Below, piece after piece: positions 53,043 through 64,000 of a stretch of DNA of 64,000 bases (the first letter of the stretch is position 1; every line of letters begins with the position of its first letter). The DNA is from Eledone cirrhosa. Taxonomy: Eukaryota. A model generated the notes under the pieces. That model worked only from the letters and a program-made list of their open reading frames with translations, ran no database searches and was not told the DNA's origin. A program made the translations under genes and the position numbers. The stretch is taken from assembly GCA_964016885.1 (NCBI GenBank), contig OZ024740.1, positions 222,642,001-222,706,000 on the forward strand, written 5' to 3'.

Positions 53043-53892
53043 ATCCTTATGGGGTCGATAAAATAAAGTACCAGTAATGCACTAGGATAATTGCTGGCCT
53101 TGTGCCAAAAGTAGAAACAATTATTATCAGTGGATTGGGTGGTGAATTGGCAGTATCAGTAGAGGGTCGGACATGCATTCCAGCATAGTTACGTCCCTTT
53201 ACGATCTGAGTTCAAATCCCGCTGAGGTTAACTTTGCCTTTCATCCTTACGGGGTCGATAAAATAAAGTACCAGTAGTGTACTGGGTAATTGCTGTCCTT
53301 GTGCCAAAAATAGAAACAAGTATTATCAGTGGATTGGCAGTATCAGAAGAGCCTCGGACACCATGCTTTGCAGCATAGAGTTACACCTCTGATGCTTACA
53401 GGATCAAGAAAATAAAGCACCAGTGATGCACTGGTGTCGATTTCTTCGACATTCTCCTCCCCTTTAAATTTCTGGCCTTGTGCCTAAAGTAGAAACAATT
53501 ACTATCAGTGCTTTTGTGTTACTTGTTCTAACTCTTTACATTCTGTGTTCAAATTCCACTGGTCAACTTTGCCCTTTATCCTTCCTGTGTTGATAGAATG
53601 TTACCAGTCAAATACCGGAGTTGATGGAATCAATTTGTCCTTTCCCACAAATTGGCTGGCCTTGTTTCTACATTAGAAACCATTATTACTATTATGCGGT
53701 GGATTGGCAGTATCGGTAGAGGGTCGGACGCCATGCTTTCCAGCATAGTTACGTCCCTTTATGATCTGTGTTCAAATCCCGCCGAGGTTGACTTTGCCTT
53801 TCATCCTTACGGGGTCGATAAAAAAAAGTACCAGTAATGCACTGGGTGATTGCTGGCTTTGTGCCTAAAGTAGAAACAATTATTACTATTAT
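53043..53892 (+). mobile_element. Cluster of five head-to-tail family A SINEs
   Basis: Copies near 53043, 53138, 53328, 53525 and 53695; tattatcagtggatt recurs at junctions. Confidence 0.9.
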
Positions 53893-54377
53893 GATTCCTT
53901 TTATTCAATGTAAATCCCACACAGTCCCTTGTTCTACATTTTTCACCCACATACTGCCTACAAAGTCTTGAATTTTTGTTATTATAATTATTATTAGCCT
54001 TATATTTATTGTGTCATTATTGCATTATTGAGCACAGCTCAATGTGACTTGGGTCTGTGCAGTGCTGTTTTTGGTGTTGCTACTTCTATTGCATTGAGAG
54101 TAATCTCAGTAATGTATGCGTAGTGCCTGGTAGTGCTATTTTCTGTATGTGTATTTATATTTGTAAAACCTGGGGTTTGGGTTATGTATCTGTCTGTATG
54201 TTGCCTATATCATTCCCAGAACATATAAGTATATTTTCCATTTTTATCATCCACTTTGAAGTTATTTATGTCACTAGATCTTTATATTTGGATAATTTCT
54301 CCCTTGATGGATATATTGTCTTCCGTACGGAGAGATACATCAATTAGAAGACATTGTTTTTCTTTGTGGACAATAAT

Positions 54378-54582
54378 TGTTTCTACTTTTTGGCACAAGG
54401 CCAGCAATAACCCAGTGCATTACTGGTACTTTATTTTATCGACCCCGTAAGGATGAAAGGCAAAGTTAACCTCAGTGGGATTCGAACTCAAAATGGCAAG
54501 GGCCGTAAGTCTATGCGTCAAAGCATGGCGTCCGGCCCACTACCGATACTGCCAATCCACCGCCCTTTGCCAATCCACTATC
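54378..54582 (-). mobile_element. SINE family A nested in the Dong/R4 element
   Basis: 16-bp TSD ctttgtggacaataat at 54362-54377 and 54583-54598. Confidence 0.93.
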
Positions 54583-55256
54583 CTTTGTGGACAATAATGT
54601 CAAGTTGTTTGTCAGTTATCTCCCTGTCTGTGTGTATTGGCATATCTCAGAGTATGACAACTTTGTTATTCTCTGATAATGTTTTTGGAGTATGATTGTA
54701 CCACATTTTTTCTGTTGCTATTTCCATAGTGTTGGCATCACATCCAATGTATGGAGATCACAAATCTATCATGTCTACGGACATATTCTTTTTTGGCTAA
54801 GATTGGGCAACTAGAAAATTTGGTTAATTGTTTCTTCCCCATCAACACATACGGTATTCTGCAGTTACTTACTGTGTTCTGTTTCATTATCTATCTTTCT
54901 GGTGGCAGGGGGAGGGGAAACTTTGTCTTTTGCTCATATTAGGAATCCTTCAGTCATGGCTTTTAGTCAAGTTCTTTTTAACCAGTTTTGTGGATTTTAT
55001 TTTGTCTACTTCCTCAATATACAGTTTTTTCATGTATTGGTTATGTAGGATTTTTCTTGCCATTGCTTTAGCATTCTGGATATCTGTTTTCAACTTAGAT
55101 TTTATCTTTTTCACAGTTTCTGTTGCTGTGTCATTTTCCCTTTCTTCATAATTATCTGTCAATTCTGTTTTGAATTTGTTTGGTTCTTTGAAGATAGAAA
55201 ACAATTGTTTGGTTTGTTCATGTTTCATGGCATTTTGTCTTCATTATTTTTGATTA

Positions 55257-55440
55257 GGGGTTGGCAGTATTAGTAGAAGGTCGGATGCCATGCTTTCCAG
55301 CATAGTTATGTCCCTTTACGGTCTGAGTTCAAATCCCGCCGAGGTTAACTTTGCCTTTCATTCTTACGGGGTAGATAAAATAAAGTACCAGTAATGTACT
55401 GGGTAATTGCTGGCCTTATGCCAAAAGTAGAAACAATTAG
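55257..55440 (+). mobile_element. SINE family A nested in the Dong/R4 element
   Basis: Consensus match interrupting the degenerate ORF. Confidence 0.88.
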
Positions 55441-56625
55441 TTTTCATTAGATTTTTTTATAATCCTACAGTAGTTATTATATAAAAATGTTCTAGTTGCA
55501 TAAGACCCCTTTCTCCCTGTGTTCATTGTAGGTATAGTGTTTCTACCCCTGCTTTTGGATTGTGTATTCTAAATGCAGTCATTATTTTTCTTGTTTTCTG
55601 TCTATTCTTGCTAGTTCTTTTAGTGTGCAGTTCAGAATGTTAAAACTATAGCTTGTTGCTGGGTTCATTAGAGTATTGATGAATATTACCTTATTCTTTG
55701 CATTTAGTTCTGTCTTAAGTGGTAATCTAATCCATTTATAGTATTCCTTTCGAACCTTTTTTTTATTTTTATCTATGTGTGTTGAAACCCATCTAGTTTA
55801 TTAATTCCTACGTATATCTGTGTTTGATCTAAATTTCATCTCATTCTTTTATCTAGCGTTTTTCGTTCGATTTCCACTCTTCAGGATTACCTTGGCATAT
55901 TTATCTAGTCCAAATTTCATGTTTATTTCTTTTGTGAAATCATGTACTGTCTGTACCAGTGTTTCAGGTTATCTCTCATCTACAGCATACAAGTTTACAT
56001 AGTCCATATACAAGAGAAGGTTAATTTTCTTGCCATAGAATTTATAACCAGGTCCAGACCAGTTTAGTATCACAGAAAATGATTTCAATACTAGGAAGAA
56101 GAGCGGTTGTGAAATGGAATCCCCTGGAAATATCCCTCTGCTAATTCAGATGGGGTAAGTTTTTATACATCTATCCCCAGCAGAACTGTTTGTTATTTCC
56201 TCTCTTATCTACTTTATTAAGACAGCTACTTAAACAGTCATAATTCGGCAGAGACAATTAATGGACAGCTTTGTTGACGGCAATCTAACAATTAATACAG
56301 GCATTTATTTGAGAGATATGGAATATTGTTAAATAAAATGTGCGTAAAAAGAAAACAGTATTGGAAAGAACTATAAATGCCATTATTGATATGGAAAGGA
56401 GGGAAAGAGCAAGGACTATAAGGCAACAAGAAAGAACGAGGGAAGGGGAGAAGGGGACAGACTCTACACATAGGTTATAGTGATGTTTTGGCTGCGGCAC
56501 GTGGATAAAATTGCAAAGTCATTTTCACGGATAATGGCCAATGATACCTGTACAACAGCCACCCCACCTTGCTGGGCTCCTCTATCATATGGATTGCTGT
56601 CATTCCAATTTTTATTCATGACATG

Positions 56626-56917
56626 TCGAGACTACTTCTTGATACACCAAACATTTCGGCTGTTATTGTTGCGCTAGCGCCTGCCATACGAGCACCAATG
56701 ATTTGTCCTCTTTGAAAGTCCGATAGATCTGTCATTTTAATGAATTTTAATTACCTTTTTCTGATGATATCTGAAAAGAAACAGTAATTTTAACAAAACA
56801 TGTTAAACAACACTAATAATAAATCAAAAAAGATAAAAAATAAACAGGCTTTTGACGGTTTTATAGATATTTCAAAATTATGATGCTAGGTGTTTCCATT
56901 ATTTTGTCCAACTCCTG
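56626..56917 (-). mobile_element. Tc1-like transposon 5' fragment (TIR plus transposase N-terminus)
   Basis: Minus strand ta|caggagttggacaaaataatggaaacac TIR; ATG at 56735 gives MTDLSDFQRGQIIGARMAGASATITAEMFGVSRS, a Tc1-type HTH start. Confidence 0.85.
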
Positions 56918-57210
56918 TATGTGACAATACTTGGATCTGGAAATGTTCCTCAAGCTTTTTAAACCTAAATCATCATCATCCTCTTTTGCTAATTAATTCT
57001 GAATGAGTTGCTGATATCAACCAAGTCTCAAAAGTAATAGAATAATTGGTACCTCACATAAGAAAGTAGATTTTTGATGTAAATCAGATAGTCCAGTTAC
57101 AATTCGGGAAAATGTTATTGTCAAAAGCAAAGTCAAATATGTTAGAATTTTTGTTTTAACAAAATCTATTTAGTTAAGTTACAGTATTTGTAGAAAAACA
57201 TTGCCTATGA

Positions 57211-57317
57211 TTTCTTCTTCTTCTTCTTCTTCTTCTTCTTCTTCTTCTTCTTCTTCTTCTTCTTCTTCTTCTTCTTCTTCTTCTTCTTCTTCTTCTTCTT
57301 CTTCTTCTTCTTCTTCT
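57211..57317. repeat. (TTC)n microsatellite
   Basis: Directly visible; source of the poly-Ser ORF. Confidence 0.98.
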
Positions 57318-58616
57318 CCTCTTTGGAAGAAATTGGCTGAGGTCAAAACTGAAACATCTCCCTACAACGTACCTGATGACACCTTTATAACTTATATGTT
57401 GGCGTCCCTACAAGTCCATTAATAGTGATGTAATCTATAATCAATGATAGAGGTGATTCATGTGGGAGGATGAAGCTGGTGGCAATTGATCCTCAAGTCT
57501 CACCAGGCTGGATCTTATCTCAGTTTCATGAAGTGTTAAGTAACTGAGTGTATAAGGTTATCCTCTTGACAAGACACCAATTGCTGGTATACAATTTTTC
57601 GCCCGAGTAGACTGGAACAATGTAAAATAATTATGTGTCTTGTTCAAGAACATAACACACCATCCAGTTGAAGAATCAAACCTATGGTCTTGACATTAAG
57701 ATATCTATGATCTAATCAAGGATTATCTGAAAGCCTGGAGCCTAACCCTGGAATGGGCAACACTCTGGAGAGATGATTGGAAAGAGGCTACCAAAACATC
57801 AAAGTAAAGAAGACATTAAATAGATGAGGATGATGATGATAGGACTCTAATCTACGATCTTGTTTTGGATCAAACGAGACTTGTTTGAGATAATGTTTTT
57901 TTACCAGATTCCCTTCATAGTACCAATTCTTCTGTATGCCTTATATGACATGCAGAGATGTAGGGTACTTATTCTAGATTGGATACACACGCAATATATG
58001 GCACTACACTATTTAATGTTACATTGCTGAGTTTGGGTTTTCATTAAGAACTTACTTTGCCATTTGGATTAAAAAAATATTTTGGACTGAACTGAAGAAA
58101 ATGTAAATTTTGGCAGATTTTTAATACAATTTCCTTAACACTTTGACACCAAGAAAATGAACTCATTTATTGATTAATCCATTCCCAGTGTGTAAAACAG
58201 TAACTTGATCTTGAAAACATTTCTTGTTACCGTTAGTTGATTTGCATTTATTAGATTAATGATAGTGAAAATCTAATTATAGTCCAAAGAAAACCGCTTA
58301 GTATTGAATGTCACATTTGATTATTGTGAACAAGCTAATGTTTTATTCTGCATATTGGCTTCTTTCTCAACAGAACTTGTTTTATTGTGTAATTAAAGTG
58401 CTCAAGAATCTTAAATTGTGTTAGAAAAGCATTAAATTTTAATCCAATATATTAAAATTAATTGCCCACACACACACAATCACACACATATATTGTTAGA
58501 ATTTTGTGTTTTTTTGGGGTATTTTACCATTAGAGATCAATGAAGTGATAGGTTTTCAGATTTACGAAAGTAAAATTCTTTAATTTATTAGAGAGAATAC
58601 GAGTAGATGTAAGATT

Positions 58617-58880
58617 TCATCATCATCATAGTTTTACATCTGTCCTCTATGCGGGAATGGGTTGGATGGGCTTTCACGTTCTCATACTAAACAGATCTGA
58701 TGAACACATCTTGCTCATAAGTTCCATTTTTGTATGGTTTCTATATCTGGATGCCTTTCCTAAGACCAGCCAATTTATAGCATATACTGAATGTGTTTTA
58801 TCACAGTACCTACACCACCACTTTACAATGTGCCTTAGGTTTATTTTATTGTGCCACCAGCACTACCACATTTCTAAACT
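58617..58880 (-). mobile_element. Old SINE B / RTE tail
   Basis: (cat)n, ctggatgcctttcctaa and degenerate repeat units. Confidence 0.6.
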
Positions 58881-59280
58881 GTGATAAGTACTAGATTCTT
58901 CCCCTAATCTGTCATGTCATATTAGCTCTATATGGATGTTTAAATTTACTAGATAAATAAATGAATGAATAAATACCGACTGGAATTAAATTTCATTTTT
59001 CCATTTCAAAGATCAAAGAAATCATAGGTAACCCCTATCACCTAATTAATTATTAGTTCACAAAAGAATCACTATAAAGTAACATAACAGAGAGAGCTTA
59101 AATCACCCTGTTGGGTACACTAGCTAACCATTAAATATTTGAGGTTTGTGAGATAAAATTGTAATTAATTCCTCCAGTAGCAGAGAATAGAACAGCAATT
59201 GGGTCTGTCACAGGATTTTCACACAGCTTCTGTTTAACATTGAATACTCTTATGTTTTTCAAGATGAAACTGATTGAGGA

Positions 59281-60195
59281 TAATAATAACGATAATAATA
59301 ATTGTTTCTACATTGGCACAAGGCCAGCAATTAATCAGTACATTACTGGTACTTTATTTTATCGACCCCGTAATGATGAAAGGTAAAGTTAACCTCGGCA
59401 GGATTTGAACTCAGAATGGCAAGGACCGTAACTCTATGCGTCAAACATGGCGTCCAACCCTCTACCAATACTGCCAATCCACCACCCTAATAACGATAAT
59501 AATAATAACAGACAAATACATAACCAAAACCTCAGGACTTACAAATATATATACAGTATACAAAAGATAGCACTATTAGGCACTGCTCGTATATTACGAA
59601 ATGTACTATAAATACAATAGAAACAAACAGTAGAAACTTCACTGCTCATACTCAAGGCACACATAGCCTCATAGCCTTGCTCGGTAAAGCAGTAATGATG
59701 CGCAATAAAAATAATAATGGAAATAATAATAATTGTTTCTACTTTAGGCACAAGGCCAGCAATTACCCAGTGCATTACTGGTACTTTATTTTATCGACCC
59801 CGTACGGATGAAAGGCAAAGTTAACCTCGGCGGGATTTGAACTCAGACTGTAAAGGGATGTAACTATGCCAGAAAGCATGGCATCCGACCCTCTACCGAT
59901 ACTGCCAAATCACCGCCCTTGGAAATAATAATAATAATGGAAATAATAATGGAAATAATGGAAATAATGGAAATAATAATGGAAATAATAATAATAATAG
60001 GCACAAGGCCAGCAAATTTGGGTGAGGGGAAAGTCGATTAAATCGACCCTAGTGCATTATTGGTGCAAAGCTAACCCTGGCGGGATTTGACCTCAGAACA
60101 TAAAAGGCCGTAACTCTCTGCCACAAAGCAGGGTGGCCAATGCTCTACCGATACTGCTAATCCACTGCCCTACTACTACTACTATTACCATTAAT

Positions 60196-60200
<5 letters not shown>
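59281..60200. mobile_element. Nest of three family A SINEs (minus) and one Dong/R4 3' end (59510-59730, plus) in (TAA)n
   Basis: IQKIALLGTARILRNVL* on plus; TSDs taataacgataataataat and tggaaataataataat around the SINEs. Confidence 0.85.
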
Positions 60201-60227
<27 letters not shown>

Positions 60228-61687
60228 TTATTGAGCTCCTGTTTTTCTCTCTTTGTTTTGAACTACTATTAGACTAAAGTATAGAATTTCATATCTTTTG
60301 TGAAATACAATTGTCTTCAACAAATGTCATGATGACCATCACTTTTCTGAAGAAACTTATTCAGAAGAAAAATATTAATATGATTTATTTCTGGGGATTA
60401 TGAACAAAACTCTATTCCTATTACCCAGTGTTTGACAATATGTTATTGCTGAAATCTAACATTGAAATATATATATGAACAGGAAAATTGTATATATTCA
60501 TGTTCTGACACCTGCACCTTATTTCACATACTATACAACTGAAAAAAGAAAAGATGTCTTTTATATCTGACAAATGTTCTTCCTATTTCTATCTTTGTGT
60601 TTTCCTGTTATTTCTGGTCTGGCTCTATTTCTTATTTTCTTCACATCCATAGGCAATGTTGGGCTTAGTCTCATTAAAATAATTGTTTTCAGTTAGTTTT
60701 ACTAGACTTTTTCTGAATGCGATGAATTTATGAATGCTGATCACCACATTTTCTCTGGTAAGGATCTTCTATCGTGAATCATTATTTGCTTGGGGGCTGC
60801 GATTTCCTGCCAACATATCTGTCTGCATGTATCACCTCATTATTCCTTTTTCTTGGGCACTTTTCCTTTCCTTGACTTTTTTCTTCTTTTCATCTTTTCA
60901 TTTTCTTAAGGGCTTTGACTATTTCTTACGATTTCTATCATTTCGAATAGGACATTTTTTCTTTATACTTACAGCTGACTCTTATAAAGAAAGACCCTTA
61001 ATTTGTTTTCTTCATTCATAATATATTTTATCTGTTACCAGGAGAATGCCAAACTGTCATGTTTTCAATACATTTCCGTTTTCTGATCTACAGCTTCCAG
61101 TCATTTGATTGTACTTCTAGTTTTTTATATATTGGGAAGTTTCCCCTCATTTTGTAACTGGTTCTTTTGTTGAAAGTGACATTCAAACTAAATTTCTATT
61201 GGTTAAATAAGATATTTCATCACTCTATACAAGACACATTTTTATTCATTTATTAATCTAAAATACACATTCTTTCCAAATTTACTTATTTTACTTTTCT
61301 CTTCTTTGTCATCATCATCATTTAGCAGCAATAACATACTGCCAAGAACCTCTTCTACTCATTTCAGCTTTTCTAACTAGTTGCAGTCATGTGATTGGCT
61401 GATTAGCCATGGCCCTTGATCAGAGTTGAATCCCTAGGCAGAATTTGAACTCAGATTGCTACCAATTCAGGGCTTTATTGTGTTATATAATTCTGTTCTG
61501 CTTAGAAATAATGAATATACTTCATTATTTCTACAGTATTTTGATGTCCTGAACTATATTTGAAAGCTTCTAACTGAAGCTAAACTTCTGTGATTTTATG
61601 TTTACCAAAATTCTATATGTAAAACAATCATTTTTCTTCCATTTTCCATATAAGACGTTTTCTTTTTTAACATAATTTTAACATAAT

Positions 61688-62072
61688 AATTGTTTCTACT
61701 TTTGGCACAAGGCCAACAATTACCCAGTGCATTACTGGTACTTTATTTTATCGACCCCGTAAGGATGAAAGGCAAAGTCAACCTCGGCGGGACGTAACTG
61801 GAAAGCGTCTGACCCTCTACCGATACTGCCAATCCACTTTAACATAATAATGTTTTCTGATTTAGGAACAAAGCTGACACTGTTGTTTGGAGGAGGGGGA
61901 AAGTTGATCAAATCGACCCCAATATGTTATTGGTAATTTATTTTACCGACCCCATAAGGATGAAAGGCAAAGCTAACCTCAGCGGGATTTGAAATCAAAA
62001 CATAATGAGCCATAACTCTATGCCATGTAGCATGATGTCTGATGCTCTATCAATACTGCCAATCCACTTCCC
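61688..62072 (-). mobile_element. Two family A SINEs
   Basis: Reverse-complement consensus; tttaacataataat TSD around the first. Confidence 0.85.
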
Positions 62073-64000
62073 TTTTATTTTAGCATAATAAATTCTCAAA
62101 ACAATCATATATTCCTCTCTTACTCTACATTCTTAAAATCATTACATGGAATCCAATCCTTTTTCATATCCTTTTTCTTTCCAACAAGCTGAGTTAGCAA
62201 AGGAGTCAGAGGAATGATGTTAATTGAAACACTTTAGCAGCATTCTATAATTGGATTTTAGTTTTATATCCCACACCTTTAAGTTTTCATGTTCAAAATA
62301 TTTTATCTGATTTTAGTATACATTGGGGTTGGAGAGAAATACTTCACTGAAGAGTTACATATGATAAAAAAACAAACAAAATGCTTGTATTTTACTTACT
62401 TGGCAGCATGTGGACAAATTAATATTTTAATCAACTCAATTATCTTAAGTGCAGATTGAAAGAAGAGAAGGAAGAAAATTAAAGACACTTCAGTGTTGGT
62501 TAATTAATTATGACACTTTTGTAAAAAAGAAATTAAAATAAAATTAAAAATCAAGAAAATTAATATTTTTAAATAAGCTAGCCAAGAACTTACATTTCTG
62601 ACACAGAGTGTATTTAAGAGGCTGATTGATAAATCAAATAATAAATTTCACAATTTTTCTAATCAATCAAAATTATTCAACAACTTCCTACTCTCATTAT
62701 ATTTGTCTGCTACAATGCATCTTAATATCGTGTAAGTTATTGAATTTTAATGTTCTCAGAGGAAATGTTTGTCATTTCAGCAATGGTAAATATCTACGCT
62801 TCCTCAATTAGCTATCATACTTCACATGATTGGATCATATTTAAACTTCTTCTTGGTGAGTTCAAGACTTGCTAATAATCTCTTTTCAGAATTGAAACCA
62901 CAGTATTGTGATTGTGAAACCAACACCTTAACCATTAGGCTGCATGCTTTTATGTTCAAATAGTATACTAATGATTTTATTACTGCTCCATTCTCCTATA
63001 ACTACACCTCATCCCAATGCCCATTATCATTGATTTGACGTATTTTTTCATACTAGCATGGATTGGACAATACATTATAAGATGATTTTCTATGTCCAGA
63101 TGCCCTTCCTGATGCCAAACCATACTTTGTTTTATTAGTATGGTATATATATATCAGTCAGCTTCATCTACAGTTGTGCTGCAGGACATAGCTGCTTTAG
63201 ATGTTCTTGATATGAAGAAGCAAGTAGTAAACAGATGCACACACACTAATACATACATGATGATTACTTCATCTTGTAAAATGATTGCTGTAGAAATATC
63301 ATCTCAATCAATCCAGCTAGTTTGCACCCTCACATGTGCACATAGGTAATTTTTCAATCCAGCAACAATAGGCTAGACCTAGACCTCACCCACAGGTAAT
63401 GACAACACTTTAACATAGGACACATCAGGGCAGATTACTGGGTAAATGTGATCATTACCACATATACTACATCTCCCAAGGTGAATAAACTACAAAAATG
63501 GTAGTATTTCATTGGTGAAAATCTACATGATACCCTAATAGATGCAGCAATGTACCCAATGTCAATATGAGTGAACTAATTCAGAGTTTTGGCCTGCATT
63601 GGCTGGGGAGGTAGAATAACAGGTCAGACATCTGTCTATCATGGATTATAGTGACAAATACTTGAGCATGAGTACCACTCTTTAAGAGGCAATGCATTCA
63701 CAATACTGTCAGATGAGACCCAGAAGCAGAGAGTAAGTTAGTTAGTAGCGGAGGGTACTCGTTTGGATGCCACTTTCACACATGTATTGGATCCCCTTTT
63801 TAACTGTTGTATTTATTTATTTAATAATGCTAACTGACTCTAGAACAGTTCACAGAGTTTCAGCCAGTTTCAGTGATTATTATCTGATGCTGAGCCAAAG
63901 CAAGCCAACCATTAATCATCTAAACAGTAGGTTGCACTTCAGAGTTTCCCTTTATTAGAAGAATGCCATAACAATAGCTCAAGGTCCATCATTCCAGTGA

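Larger units (their letters stand above)
53979..56160 (-). mobile_element. Degenerate Dong/R4-clade non-LTR retrotransposon (RT, zinc knuckle, restriction-like endonuclease)
   Basis: Minus strand RGIFQGDSIS, INLLLYMDYV, MKFGLDK, KTELNAKNK, SSCPILAKKEYVRRHD, IL*DMPIHTDREI..LDIIV, CLLIDVS, KLSKYKDL, IQKIALPGT; (TAA)n tail. Confidence 0.88.

Noticed and set aside
56755-56770. 16-nt micro-exon with good splice sites (minus)
   Set aside because: Lies within the 5' leader of the Tc1 fragment, so it is not evidence of a host gene
57201-57422. Poly-Ser ORF
   Set aside because: (TTC)n microsatellite
60600-61180. Purine-skewed minus strand resembling decayed coding sequence
   Set aside because: Multiple stops and no identifiable motif

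Overview
AT-rich, microsatellite-laden eukaryotic DNA with no confidently identifiable host gene. The SINE/LINE repertoire is typical of an octopod cephalopod (inference from repeat families). The window is mostly transposon remains: at least seven copies of RTE-clade LINEs whose ORF carries a C4HC3 PHD-type finger just after the RT core (best copy 21983-25176, one frame, three stops); an RTEX-like 3' fragment; a degenerate Dong/R4-clade non-LTR element; a near-intact DD37D (maT) Tc1/mariner transposon; a Tc1 5' fragment; several MITEs; Helitron-like ends; Penelope-like terminal repeats; and dozens of copies of two tRNA-headed SINE families, one of which shares a 48-49 bp tandem-repeat module and tail with the RTE 3' UTR. 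There are also several long inverted repeats or palindromes and an inverted paralogous segment about 36 kb apart. Most ORFs in the track are microsatellite or antisense artefacts. Coordinates and identities were read by eye and are approximate.
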